A stretch of 64,000 bases of DNA from Yuukianura sp. NJ FZ-2021 (Eukaryota). A program made the translations under genes and the position numbers. Below the pieces are notes generated by a model that saw nothing but the letters and a program-made list of their open reading frames with translations, did not search any database and was not told the DNA's origin. The stretch is from assembly GCA_046563655.1 (NCBI GenBank), contig JAJCTO010000013.1, forward strand, positions 1 through 64,000, in the 5' to 3' direction. Positions 22,221 to 35,690 of the stretch are shown one piece after another; position 1 is the stretch's first letter, and every line of letters starts with the position of its first letter.

Positions 22221-24340
22221 TTGAGACGATCTAGGGTGTCGTCTATTCGGGGGAGGGGGTAGGAGTCTTTTCGGGTAACTTCGTTAAGTTTTCGGAAATC
22301 CACGCAGAACCTCCAGCTATTGTCTGGCTTCTTAACCAGAAGGACGGGGGAACACCAGGGACTGTCACTAGGGGTTATCGCTCCAAGGTCTAGAAGTCTT
22401 TCAACTTCTTTCTGGATTTCACGTCTTTCAGTGAAACCAGTTCTGTGGGGATGGGTACGAATGGGAGGGGCATCTCCAGTGTCTATTTTGTGGGTAACAA
22501 GATGAGTTCGTCCTAGGGTTTTGGGGTCAAAGTTGAAAACATCCATGTTGGAAACAAGGAAATTTTTCATTTTCTCTTGCTGTTCGGGGGTTAGGGTTTT
22601 GGAAATTTGGAACGCATCGATCCGTTTTTGAAGTCTCAGAGCCGTTATTTCGGCATCGTCGTCATCATTGACGACAAAATTACAAATCGAATGCGCTGGG
22701 AGGGAAGATTGGGAAGATTTGTTATGTACAGGGTCGAATTCGTCAAGGTTACAGATCACAGAGGATTCTGCAAAGGGTTCGAAGGTGCCAATGGAGATAT
22801 TTTGTAGTAGTTTGACTGGCCGGTCGCTCAAGTTCCAGAGATAGGTGACTCCAGTGCCATCGTGTAAGTGGGAAATTGAATTTCCTATGGCGACGTGACG
22901 AGCATATTGCAGCTCTTTTCTCGGAGAAATTAGGATATCCCCGGTAAACGGAGTATCTGACCGAACGCTGACGCGTTTCATGGTCCGTGGATTGATGATA
23001 TAGGAACGAGCCAACCGGAGAAAGTCAGGCGAAGTGGCACTTTGGGACAAATTGGAATTGTCAACGAAGGATGCTTCAGAGTCCTGTAGAGTACTGGGGT
23101 TGGAAGAATCGGAGTTTTCGGACGAACTCTGGGGTTTGGGCTTACACTTTGGAGACTGTTTGGGGGGTTTGGGCTTTACCTTTCTGGGTTTGGGGACTGG
23201 GGGTTCGGGGGGTGAACTGGAGGGATCTGAACCATCTCTATCCGACGGATCGGACAGAGACAGCTTGTGGAGGGCATTAAATTCGGACTTCTTGACTAGC
23301 ACGTACTCATTTCTGAGATCAGTGCATTGGAGTTCACCTCTTACGAGGCGTTCGTTGAGGGGGTCGAGGAGAAGCCGCTCGGAACGGAGAAAATCCGAAC
23401 CGATGACTATGTCGTTAGACAAATGGGGAAAATATGGAAGGGATATTTGAAGGGGACGCCAGCAATGGAGAATTCAATGTCGACTGATTGGAGGGAATCG
23501 CATGGAATGTAACTTCCAAAAGACAGCTTAACCCTTACGGGTTGAACATTGTTCACATTGGAAACAACGCTGGGGAATTTGGACAGAAAACTGGGATGGA
23601 CACAACAGAGCGAAGCTCCGCTATCGCAAAGGACAGGGATAGTGGTTGAGGCAAAGACAACGTCAATGTGGAATGTGGAATACTTTGGGGCATTGAGGGC
23701 GGCTATTACATTCGCGGCGGAAACACCACAGGGCAGTTCGGAGTCTGGGTCTGGGGACATTGGGGCTTGGGGCGGAAATACTGGGGAAACTGCGTCTGCG
23801 TCTGGACTGGCTGTAGCAACCCAATCATCAACTCGGCTCACATTGTTCGGATGGATCCCAAATCTGGAGGTCAACGAAAATTCGGGGCAGGGAGGGGGCA
23901 TAACGACTGGGGGTTCAATGGGGGGAAAACACAAAGGTCAGAAGTACCAATGGCTACGGAAACGACAGGCTTTACGGAAACTTCGGAAGGCACACAACGG
24001 GATTTGGGTCTGGAAACGGCGGGAAAATCCTGTGGAGAGGTTTGAGGTGCCTCCCCAACGACTAAGGGTAAAGTACGGTCATTGTGGGGACAACATTTGG
24101 GACAGGACACTTTTTGGTTTAGGGCTTGTTGGAGTTTGTTGTACAACTCTTGGGGAATGAGTGGACTCTGAGAACTAGGCTTTCTGCCAAAAGCCGACAA
24201 GTTCTTATAAATGGGGAAAGTTGGTTGTTTGTTTTTTCGTCTTTTGGTTCTTAATTGGGCATTATTTGGTGGTAAGGTCATAGTAGGGGTGGGGACTGGA
24301 AGCGGCTGTCGTCCCTGCAACGACAGCGCTATTAGTTTTC
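22220..24340 (-). pseudogene. pol: Truncated, frameshifted pol (protease and RT N-terminus only)
   Basis: G-run frameshifts at ~23910 and ~23425; ends at ..LPRIDDTLDRLN before the RT catalytic motifs. Confidence 0.92.
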
Positions 24341-25699
24341 CGGGGGTTTGGGAACGATGGCGTCTCCAATTTTCTTGAGTAGATCCGTCATGGCTGAAAA
24401 GCCTTGGATAATCCTGGGACCCCAATGGTCGTCTGGGTTCTGGGGGTTTGGAGCAGTTTGTGGGGCTTGGGAGGGTCCAGGGGATGGTTTGTAAACCACA
24501 GAAGTCTGGGGGGCAACAACCTGAGCATAGGACACAGGCTGCTGTGGGAACTGACCATAACCTTGCGGCTGTGTGGGACGGGGTTTGAGGGGGTGACATC
24601 CGTTGGCGAGGGGATCCTTGCCTTGGCTTCTCCACCAATTGTGGCAGTAACGCTGGATATGGCCTGTGCGACTACAAAAGTCGCAAATCGGACGTCCATC
24701 TTCTGCACGTCTACGTTGTGGCTGTGTCTGTCCGGCTGCTTGTGCTGCGGGAAGTAGGGCTTGGGCTTGGTACTGAGAGACTGGCTGCTGTACTGGGAAC
24801 TGGGGAGCTGGTAGTGTACCAACTGGGGGGTAATAGGGCTGAGGAGGGGGATTATTTCCAGATTCAAGGGCATGGAGGGAAAGTACTTGGGATGATATGT
24901 CTTTGGGGCGGGTATGAACTTCTGCGACTCTGCGCAGAAGCTTTTGGAAATCAGCAGAAGTGGGAATCGACTGGAGTACGAAAGACTGTTCCAAGTCTGG
25001 GGGTAACCCACGAACGAGGCGCTTGACCTTGGATTCTTCGCTCATGTAGGGGTTGATTTTGGACATGAGTTCCAGTTTTTCTGCGACGTACTTGTCGATG
25101 TTGTCACCCAGTTTGTACCGTAGGGCTTTGTTCATGTTACGGAGTTCTTCTGCTCGTTCTCGTAGGGAAAAGTGGGCAACAAATCGGGTTTCGAAATCAT
25201 TCCAAATTTCTTCGGCATCAGCGTTGGTAGCTTCCAGTCGTGCTCGAAAGCTTGGCCACACGGAGGCAAACCACGATTGAGCAACTCCGGTTACCACACG
25301 GTCGAAATGGCAAAGGGCTCCTTTGGGACCAAACCCAGAGTCGGCTAGATCGTACATGTAGCGGGCTAGGAATTCTGCGGGATCTGTCGTGCCATCGTAT
25401 TGTCGGATGTATTTGAATACTTTGATGTCAGGGCGACGATCGTTTGGATTGGGCTGAGCTTGGGTTTGGGGCGGGGGTACTATGTGTGGTACATTGGGGG
25501 GACTTCCTGCTGGTCTTGGGGACGCAAGTGGGGTAGGGGTTACTGGACGGGGAATACTCGTGGGAACAGGGATTGAAGTACCCTGGGTAGCAGGGGCTGG
25601 GACTGGAATGGGAAACGAGCCAGTGTTTGTTTGACTGTTTCGTCTTTGGTGGGGCTGGGGTGCAATCTCTGGGGCATAGCGCGTAGCGAACCACGGCAT
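24332..25699 (-). CDS. gag: Gag, 455 aa, intact reading frame
   Basis: CAAAATG start context, Pro-rich N-terminus, capsid-like IRQYDGTTDPAEFLARY..AQSWF segment and a CCHC knuckle. Confidence 0.92.
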   Translation of the reverse strand: MPWFATRYAPEIAPQPHQRRNSQTNTGSFPIPVPAPATQGTSIPVPTSIPRPVTPTPLASPRPAGSPPNVPHIVPPPQTQAQPNPNDRRPDIKVFKYIRQYDGTTDPAEFLARYMYDLADSGFGPKGALCHFDRVVTGVAQSWFASVWPSFRARLEATNADAEEIWNDFETRFVAHFSLRERAEELRNMNKALRYKLGDNIDKYVAEKLELMSKINPYMSEESKVKRLVRGLPPDLEQSFVLQSIPTSADFQKLLRRVAEVHTRPKDISSQVLSLHALESGNNPPPQPYYPPVGTLPAPQFPVQQPVSQYQAQALLPAAQAAGQTQPQRRRAEDGRPICDFCSRTGHIQRYCHNWWRSQGKDPLANGCHPLKPRPTQPQGYGQFPQQPVSYAQVVAPQTSVVYKPSPGPSQAPQTAPNPQNPDDHWGPRIIQGFSAMTDLLKKIGDAIVPKPPEN

Positions 25700-25716
25700 T
25701 TTGAGGGCGGGGGGGG

Positions 25717-26091
25717 TTAATACTCGTCAATGACAAGCAATCCTTGGTAACGGGCAAAGATGACTAGGAGGGTTCTGTACCAGGGACCGAAGAAACTCCA
25801 ATGGTAGTGGTTGAGCCGGACAATAAGGGCAATGTAGTAGTAGGCTTCGGTATAGGGTAGAACGTTAAGGAAGATCCGGTATTCGTTTGGGTGTTGTCGT
25901 AGCCGGTAAATGGGGAATAGGTGGAGTACGGAAAAGTCAAAGACTGTGGCTAGGATTCCGTAAAAACAACTTTTAGTTGCTGAGGTTAGGAGGTAGTAGG
26001 AGAAAACAATGAGATGAGCACCCAAATAGATGCCAATTAGGGACAGGACAAGGATTACGGATAGTCTCAACCAGTAGAGAAAGTTCCACAT
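25717..26091 (-). CDS. Leader small ORF 124 aa (copy 2)
   Basis: Identical protein to 7333-7707. Confidence 0.55.
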   Translation of the reverse strand: MWNFLYWLRLSVILVLSLIGIYLGAHLIVFSYYLLTSATKSCFYGILATVFDFSVLHLFPIYRLRQHPNEYRIFLNVLPYTEAYYYIALIVRLNHYHWSFFGPWYRTLLVIFARYQGLLVIDEY

Positions 26092-26142
26092 GGGTGGGGG
26101 TTCAGGGGCGGGGGGTTTTCAACAGTTACTTGAAGTAACTTG

Positions 26143-26262
26143 CTATTGGGGGAACAGCCGTCTCAGTTGTCGGAGGAGGAATCGTTCCAAAATGGTTCGT
26201 AGGACTTCGTAGACGACAATGAGTACCAGGACCAGAGTTAGCCACACGATCGTTTCAATCAT
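26143..26262 (-). CDS. Leader small ORF 39 aa (copy 2)
   Basis: Identical to 7759-7878. Confidence 0.5.
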   Translation of the reverse strand: MIETIVWLTLVLVLIVVYEVLRTILERFLLRQLRRLFPQ

Positions 26263-27639
26263 TCGGGGAGCGGGGATACTTTTCTGAAATATAGGGATAA
26301 TTAGAATATGGACAAAAAAATAATTGGTTTCTTAATTAGGGGACTAAATTATTTTTAAATTTAAATACCAAAACCTAGAAACAAAAGAAAAATTATTAAA
26401 GAAACGAAGATGGGCTATGGGGCTATGGTTTGTACCAAATTCCACCAAAACCTTTTAAATCCGATGAAGAATGAGCCAAAAACACGCGAAAACCAAAAGT
26501 GCAGTAGTCACTTTGGCTAACGAGAGCCAAACCAACACACCGCAAAACCAAAGAAAGAATTCAACCAAAAGAGGGGAGGGTTGAACCATAACACACCGAC
26601 TTTGGGAAAATTTGGGGTGGGTAGGGGCTTTCGGATTCAAAAATCCGAGAAATCCGAAGAATTCCGACGATTAGGTAGGGTACTGCGACGTGGGGATATG
26701 CGAAATCGCAATAGGGGAATTATCCGATGAGTCTGGGGAATGGTCGCACCTGGTTGCGTCCAAGTCGCAAGTGGCTGCGATCGGCGCCGACTGTGGAGTT
26801 GGATGTGGCAGTTGGGGGGATACTCGGTGGGACTAGGGAGATAAATCGCTAAGTGTTTTAGTTTTTGGGAAAATCGGGCAGCGTTTTGGTACGAAGTGAG
26901 GGAATTCCAAATTGGGTTATGTTTCAATAGGGGGGGGGGCGAAGGGGCGGAGAAACAAATTGAAAAACTTGCTAAGTTTTGGGAATTGGGAAAAATTTGG
27001 GCAGAGTTCTGTTACGGGGTGAGGGAAAGCCAATTTAGGTACTGTTCAGTGGGGATACAAAATTTTTGAAAAATCGGCAAAGTATTTGAAATTTTAGAAA
27101 ATTTTGGACAGGGGTTTGTTTAGGGATTTAGAATTTCAATTTAAGGTAAGGTTCAGGGAAGGGAAGGTCACTTGGAGGAGAGTAAATGACTTTACGTGGT
27201 AGTGGGACTACTTTTGGACTTTGGTGGGACGGGTGGGGACGAAAAAACGCTAAGTTTTTAAATTTTGAAAAAATTTTTGCGCGGGGGAGGTTTAGGGAAC
27301 GCGATTTAGCGCAAGAAATGGGGTCACTTTAAGGGACTGGGGGGATAAACGCCGGGAGGTGGGGCGCTACAACGCAACAAAACAACAACCTGACCTTTGA
27401 TTTGACCTTGGTGGCTCTTCGGTGGCTCAGTAGTCGCTCGGAGGGCGGTTGTTCAGAAGAAAGTCGGTGGCTCAGAAGACAATCGGTGGCTCAGAAGACA
27501 AATCGGTGGCTCTCGCTTCTTTGGCTCAAAAGTTTGGAGGACGGAGGAGCTGAAAATAATCGAAAAAACAATGAAACAAAAGGACAAAAATTATGCTAAA
27601 AAACAAAATTTAAATTAGGGGGGGGGATATTCTGGTGGG

Positions 27640-28292
27640 TGTGAGGGAATTTGAGGTCAAAGGTCAAGGAAAGCCCGTCTGAGGCCCCACTTAAGAGGAG
27701 GTAGACTCCTCAACGGGCCGCCGTGCAGGCACCCGGAATGATGGGTCAATGAACGGGTCACGAGAGTGACCCGGAACAATAAATCAGACGTGGAGTGGGC
27801 GGATAATGGGGAAAACAAAGTAACCTTACGTTTATTTGCAAATAATCAATGAAAAAACGAAAAAGAACCAAATGGTGGGCTGTCCAGGGCTTGGTGGGTC
27901 TTGTCCAGTGCTTGGTGGGTCTTGTCCAGTGCTTTGTGGGTCTTGTCCAGAGCGGCGTGGCAGCCAAAGATGGCGGACGGAAAAGTTGGAGTGGAGAGAC
28001 GTGGATCCGAACTGGACAACTGGCAGCCGAAGACTGAGGAGGAAGTGGGACATGGGATTCTGCCTGTTCACAGGCAGAAAGTTCTCGAATCTTCTCGAAG
28101 GTGCTTTGGGGGATTCGGGAAGGGGGAAAACACACGGCGGAGTGGGAAAAACGCCTTGTCATGTTCCTTTGCAGGAGCATGGCAAGGGCTAGTGGGGGAA
28201 AATACTGGACTTGGGGAGGAGTCTTGGTTTCATTAGAAACCAAGACTAAAAAGAAATGATTTTCAGACGGGAGAGGGAGTAACCTCCTCACA
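27640..28292 (-). repeat. Putative LTR of copy 2
   Basis: Same TGTGAGG...CCTCACA ends, 653 bp. Confidence 0.7.
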
Positions 28293-31200
28293 ACGGCAAT
28301 GGAACTTCAGGGGAAACCCCATTATTACATTTTCTAAATCAAAATCGAACATTCAGCATTGTTTGTTATCTTGATTAAATTTTTTAGGAAATACTTTTTT
28401 GTGTCATACTACCAACTTGCACTTCCAATAAAGCACACCTGAATAACTGGTGTTCAACAATAATATGGAATTATATTTTAGCCCAACTCCACTATGCAAC
28501 AAGTGCATAAATCTAACTGTCATTTTGGTATAAACTAATGTGCGAACTATACAACGAAGTTTTAAACATACTGAAAAATGGAATCTATGCCTTGTTATCG
28601 CTTATAACCATCTTCATGATACGCATCTAATACCGGTCCACTTTGTCGTAGTGCATCAACGACTATTACACACAGTGAACCACTTGTTATCAGCCTTCAT
28701 CTTTGAGCAAAAAGGAGAAGTGCCGGTGAAATGACAAGCTCGCCCTCACTTCAGATACCAACCAGTACTCATTTTGACACTATGAATCGCAATGACTCAG
28801 ACGGCAATGGAACTTCAGGGGAAACCCCATTATTACATTTTCTAAATCAAAATCGAACATTCAGCATTGTTTGTTATCTTGATTAAATTTTTTAGGAAAT
28901 ACTTTTTTTGTGTCATACTACCAACTTGCACTTCCAATAAAGCACACCTGAATAACTGGTGTTCAACAATAATATGGAATTATATTTTAGCCCAACTCCA
29001 CTATGCAACAAGTGCATAAATCTAACTGTCATTTTGGTATAAACTAATGTGCGAACTATACAACGAAGTTTTAAACATACTGAAAAATGGAATCTATGCC
29101 TTGTTATCGCTTATAACCATCTTCATGATACGCATCTAATACCGGTCCACTTTGTCGTAGTGCATCAACGACTATTACACACAGTGAACCACTTGTTATC
29201 AGCCTTCATCTTTGAGCAAAAAGGAGAAGTGCCGGTGAAATGACAAGCTCGCCCTCACTTCAGATACCAACCAGTACTCATTTTGACACTATGAATCGCA
29301 ATGACTCAGACGGCAATGGAACTTCAGGGGAAACCCCATTATTACATTTTCTAAATCAAAATCGAACATTCAGCATTGTTTGTTATCTTGATTAAATTTT
29401 TTAGGAAATACTTTTTTTGTGTCATACTACCAACTTGCACTTCCAATAAAGCACACCTGAATAACTGGTGTTCAACAATAATATGGAATTATATTTTAGC
29501 CCAACTCCACTATGCAACAAGTGCATAAATCTAACTGTCATTTTGGTATAAACTAATGTGCGAACTATACAACGAAGTTTTAAACATACTGAAAAATGGA
29601 ATCTATGCCTTGTTATCGCTTATAACCATCTTCATGATACGCATCTAATACCGGTCCACTTTGTCGTAGTGCATCAACGACTATTACACACAGTGAACCA
29701 CTTGTTATCAGCCTTCATCTTTGAGCAAAAAGGAGAAGTGCCGGTGAAATGACAAGCTCGCCCTCACTTCAGATACCAACCAGTACTCATTTTGACACTA
29801 TGAATCGCAATGACTCAGACGGCAATGGAACTTCAGGGGAAACCCCATTATTACATTTTCTAAATCAAAATCGAACATTCAGCATTGTTTGTTATCTTGA
29901 TTAAATTTTTTAGGAAATACTTTTTTTGTGTCATACTACCAACTTGCACTTCCAATAAAGCACACCTGAATAACTGGTGTTCAACAATAATATGGAATTA
30001 TGTTTTAGCCCAACTCCACTATGCAACAAGTGCATAAATCTAACTGTCATTTTGGTATAAACTAATGTGCGAACTATACAACGAAGTTTTAAACATACTG
30101 AAAAATGGAATCTATGCCTTGTTATCGCTTATAACCATCTTCATGATACGCATCTAATACCGGTCCACTTTGTCGTAGTGCATCAACGACTATTACACAC
30201 AGTGAACCACTTGTTATCAGCCTTCATCTTTGAGCAAAAAGGAGAAGTGCCGGTGAAATGACAAGCTCGCCCTCACTTCAGATACCAACCAGTACTCATT
30301 TTGACACTATGAATCGCAATGACTCAGACGGCAATGGAACTTCAGGGGAAACCCCATTATTACATTTTCTAAATCAAAATCGAACATTCAGCATTGTTTG
30401 TTATCTTGATTAAATTTTTTAGGAAATACTTTTTTTGTGTCATACTACCAACTTGCACTTCCAATAAAGCACACCTGAATAACTGGTGTTCAACAATAAT
30501 ATGGAATTATATTTTAGCCCAACTCCACTATGCAACAAGTGCATAAATCTAACTGTCATTTTGGTATAAACTAATGTGCGAACTATACAACGAAGTTTTA
30601 AACATACTGAAAAATGGAATCTATGCCTTGTTATCGCTTATAACCATCTTCATGATACGCATCTAATACCGGTCCACTTTGTCGTAGTGCATCAACGACT
30701 ATTACACACAGTGAACCACTTGTTATCAGCCTTCATCTTTGAGCAAAAAGGAGAAGTGCCGGTGAAATGACAAGCTCGCCCTCACTTCAGATACCAACCA
30801 GTACTCATTTTGACACTATGAATCGCAATGACTCAGACGGCAATGGAACTTCAGGGGAAACCCCATTATTACATTTTCTAAATCAAAATCGAACATTCAG
30901 CATTGTTTGTTATCTTGATTAAATTTTTTAGGAAATACTTTTTTTGTGTCATACTACCAACTTGCACTTCCAATAAAGCACACCTGAATAACTGGTGTTC
31001 AACAATAATATGGAATTATATTTTAGCCCAACTCCACTATGCAACAAGTGCATAAATCTAACTGTCATTTTGGTATAAACTAATGTGCGAACTATACAAC
31101 GAAGTTTTAAACATACTGAAAAATGGAATCTATGCCTTGTTATCGCTTATAACCATCTTCATGATACGCATCTAATACCGGTCCACTTTGTCGTAGTGCA

Positions 31201-34200
31201 TCAACGACTATTACACACAGTGAACCACTTGTTATCAGCCTTCATCTTTGAGCAAAAAGGAGAAGTGCCGGTGAAATGACAAGCTCGCCCTCACTTCAGA
31301 TACCAACCAGTACTCATTTTGACACTATGAATCGCAATGACTCAGACGGCAATGGAACTTCAGGGGAAACCCCATTATTACATTTTCTAAATCAAAATCG
31401 AACATTCAGCATTGTTTGTTATCTTGATTAAATTTTTTAGGAAATACTTTTTTTGTGTCATACTACCAACTTGCACTTCCAATAAAGCACACCTGAATAA
31501 CTGGTGTTCAACAATAATATGGAATTATATTTTAGCCCAACTCCACTATGCAACAAGTGCATAAATCTAACTGTCATTTTGGTATAAACTAATGTGCGAA
31601 CTATACAACGAAGTTTTAAACATACTGAAAAATGGAATCTATGCCTTGTTATCGCTTATAACCATCTTCATGATACGCATCTAATACCGGTCCACTTTGT
31701 CGTAGTGCATCAACGACTATTACACACAGTGAACCACTTGTTATCAGCCTTCATCTTTGAGCAAAAAGGAGAAGTGCCGGTGAAATGACAAGCTCGCCCT
31801 CACTTCAGATACCAACCAGTACTCATTTTGACACTATGAATCGCAATGACTCAGACGGCAATGGAACTTCAGGGGAAACCCCATTATTACATTTTCTAAA
31901 TCAAAATCGAACATTCAGCATTGTTTGTTATCTTGATTAAATTTTTTAGGAAATACTTTTTTTGTGTCATACTACCAACTTGCACTTCCAATAAAGCACA
32001 CCTGAATAACTGGTGTTCAACAATAATATGGAATTATATTTTAGCCCAACTCCACTATGCAACAAGTGCATAAATCTAACTGTCATTTTGGTATAAACTA
32101 ATGTGCGAACTATACAACGAAGTTTTAAACATACTGAAAAATGGAATCTATGCCTTGTTATCGCTTATAACCATCTTCATGATACGCATCTAATACCGGT
32201 CCACTTTGTCGTAGTGCATCAACGACTATTACACACAGTGAACCACTTGTTATCAGCCTTCATCTTTGAGCAAAAAGGAGAAGTGCCGGTGAAATGACAA
32301 GCTCGCCCTCACTTCAGATACCAACCAGTACTCATTTTGACACTATGAATCGCAATGACTCAGACGGCAATGGAACTTCAGGGGAAACCCCATTATTACA
32401 TTTTCTAAATCAAAATCGAACATTCAGCATTGTTTGTTATCTTGATTAAATTTTTTAGGAAATACTTTTTTTGTGTCATACTACCAACTTGCACTTCCAA
32501 TAAAGCACACCTGAATAACTGGTGTTCAACAATAATATGGAATTATATTTTAGCCCAACTCCACTATGCAACAAGTGCATAAATCTAACTGTCATTTTGG
32601 TATAAACTAATGTGCGAACTATACAACGAAGTTTTAAACATACTGAAAAATGGAATCTATGCCTTGTTATCGCTTATAACCATCTTCATGATACGCATCT
32701 AATACCGGTCCACTTTGTCGTAGTGCATCAACGACTATTACACACAGTGAACCACTTGTTATCAGCCTTCATCTTTGAGCAAAAAGGAGAAGTGCCGGTG
32801 AAATGACAAGCTCGCCCTCACTTCAGATACCAACCAGTACTCATTTTGACACTATGAATCGCAATGACTCAGACGGCAATGGAACTTCAGGGGAAACCCC
32901 ATTATTACATTTTCTAAATCAAAATCGAACATTCAGCATTGTTTGTTATCTTGATTAAATTTTTTAGGAAATACTTTTTTTGTGTCATACTACCAACTTG
33001 CACTTCCAATAAAGCACACCTGAATAACTGGTGTTCAACAATAATATGGAATTATGTTTTAGCCCAACTCCACTATGCAACAAGTGCATAAATCTAACTG
33101 TCATTTTGGTATAAACTAATGTGCGAACTATACAACGAAGTTTTAAACATACTGAAAAATGGAATCTATGCCTTGTTATCGCTTATAACCATCTTCATGA
33201 TACGCATCTAATACCGGTCCACTTTGTCGTAGTGCATCAACGACTATTACACACAGTGAACCACTTGTTATCAGCCTTCATCTTTGAGCAAAAAGGAGAA
33301 GTGCCGGTGAAATGACAAGCTCGCCCTCACTTCAGATACCAACCAGTACTCATTTTGACACTATGAATCGCAATGACTCAGACGGCAATGGAACTTCAGG
33401 GGAAACCCCATTATTACATTTTCTAAATCAAAATCGAACATTCAGCATTGTTTGTTATCTTGATTAAATTTTTTAGGAAATACTTTTTTGTGTCATACTA
33501 CCAACTTGCACTTCCAATAAAGCACACCTGAATAACTGGTGTTCAACAATAATATGGAATTATATTTTAGCCCAACTCCACTATGCAACAAGTGCATAAA
33601 TCTAACTGTCATTTTGGTATAAACTAATGTGCGAACTATACAGCGAAGTTTTAAACATACTGAAAAATGGAATCTATGCCTTGTTATCGCTTATAACCAT
33701 CTTCATGATACGCATCTAATACCGGTCCACTTTGTCGTAGTGCATCAACGACTATTACACACAGTGAACCACTTGTTATCAGCCTTCATCTTTGAGCAAA
33801 AAGGAGAAGTGCCGGTGAAATGACAAGCTCGCCCTCACTTCAGATACCAACCAGTACTCATTTTGACACTATGAATCGCAATGACTCAGACGGCAATGGA
33901 ACTTCAGGGGAAACCCCATTATTACATTTTCTAAATCAAAATCGAACATTCAGCATTGTTTGTTATCTTGATTAAATTTTTTAGGAAATACTTTTTTTGT
34001 GTCATACTACCAACTTGCACTTCCAATAAAGCACACCTGAATAACTGGTGTTCAACAATAATATGGAATTATGTTTTAGCCCAACTCCACTATGCAACAA
34101 GTGCATAAATCTAACTGTCATTTTGGTATAAACTAATGTGCGAACTATACAACGAAGTTTTAAACATACTGAAAAATGGAATCTATGCCTTGTTATCGCT

Positions 34201-35687
34201 TATAACCATCTTCATGATACGCATCTAATACCGGTCCACTTTGTCGTAGTGCATCAACGACTATTACACACAGTGAACCACTTGTTATCAGCCTTCATCT
34301 TTGAGCAAAAAGGAGAAGTGCCGGTGAAATGACAAGCTCGCCCTCACTTCAGATACCAACCAGTACTCATTTTGACACTATGAATCGCAATGACTCAGAC
34401 GGCAATGGAACTTCAGGGGAAACCCCATTATTACATTTTCTAAATCAAAATCGAACATTCAGCATTGTTTGTTATCTTGATTAAATTTTTTAGGAAATAC
34501 TTTTTTTGTGTCATACTACCAACTTGCACTTCCAATAAAGCACACCTGAATAACTGGTGTTCAACAATAATATGGAATTATATTTTAGCCCAACTCCACT
34601 ATGCAACAAGTGCATAAATCTAACTGTCATTTTGGTATAAACTAATGTGCGAACTATACAACGAAGTTTTAAACATACTGAAAAATGGAATCTATGCCTT
34701 GTTATCGCTTATAACCATCTTCATGATACGCATCTAATACCGGTCCACTTTGTCGTAGTGCATCAACGACTATTACACACAGTGAACCACTTGTTATCAG
34801 CCTTCATCTTTGAGCAAAAAGGAGAAGTGCCGGTGAAATGACAAGCTCGCCCTCACTTCAGATACCAACCAGTACTCATTTTGACACTATGAATCGCAAT
34901 GACTCAGACGGCAATGGAACTTCAGGGGAAACCCCATTATTACATTTTCTAAATCAAAATCGAACATTCAGCATTGTTTGTTATCTTGATTAAATTTTTT
35001 AGGAAATACTTTTTTTGTGTCATACTACCAACTTGCACTTCCAATAAAGCACACCTGAATAACTGGTGTTCAACAATAATATGGAATTATATTTTAGCCC
35101 AACTCCACTATGCAACAAGTGCATAAATCTAACTGTCATTTTGGTATAAACTAATGTGCGAACTATACAACGAAGTTTTAAACATACTGAAAAATGGAAT
35201 CTATGCCTTGTTATCGCTTATAACCATCTTCATGGAACGCATCTAATACCGGTCCACTTTGTCGTAGTGCATCAACGACTATTACACACAGTGAACCACT
35301 TGTTATCAGCCTTCATCTTTGAGCAAAAAGGAGAAGTGCCGGTGAAATGACAAGCTCGCCCTCACTTCAGATACCAACCAGTACTCATTTTGACACTATG
35401 AATCGCAATGACTCAGACGGCAATGGAACTTCAGGGGAAACCCCATTATTACATTTTCTAAATCAAAATCGAACATTCAGCATTGTTTGTTATCTTGATT
35501 AAATTTTTTAGGAAATACTTTTTTGCGTCATACTACCAACTTGCACTTCCAATAAAGCACACCTGAATAACTGGTGTTCAACAATAATATGGAATTATAT
35601 TTTAGCCCAACTCCACTATGCAACAAGTGCATAAATCTAACTGTCATTTTGGTATAAACTAATGTGCGAACTATACAACGAAGTTTT
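28293..35687. repeat. Satellite A array 2: 14 full monomers plus one partial
   Basis: 509-bp periodicity with the same start and end phase as array 1. Confidence 0.98.
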
Positions 35688-35690
35688 GTC

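Larger units (their letters stand above)
22220..28292 (-). mobile_element. Gypsy element copy 2, truncated inside RT (equivalent to 3837-9910)
   Basis: Near-identical to copy 1 from ATTGAGACGATCTAGG to CCTCACA. LTR at 27640-28292. Confidence 0.97.

Noticed and set aside
22151..23422. 423-aa ORF fusing pol to satellite B sequence
   Set aside because: Incidental read-through of truncated pol across the breakpoint; non-ATG start and upstream frameshifts.
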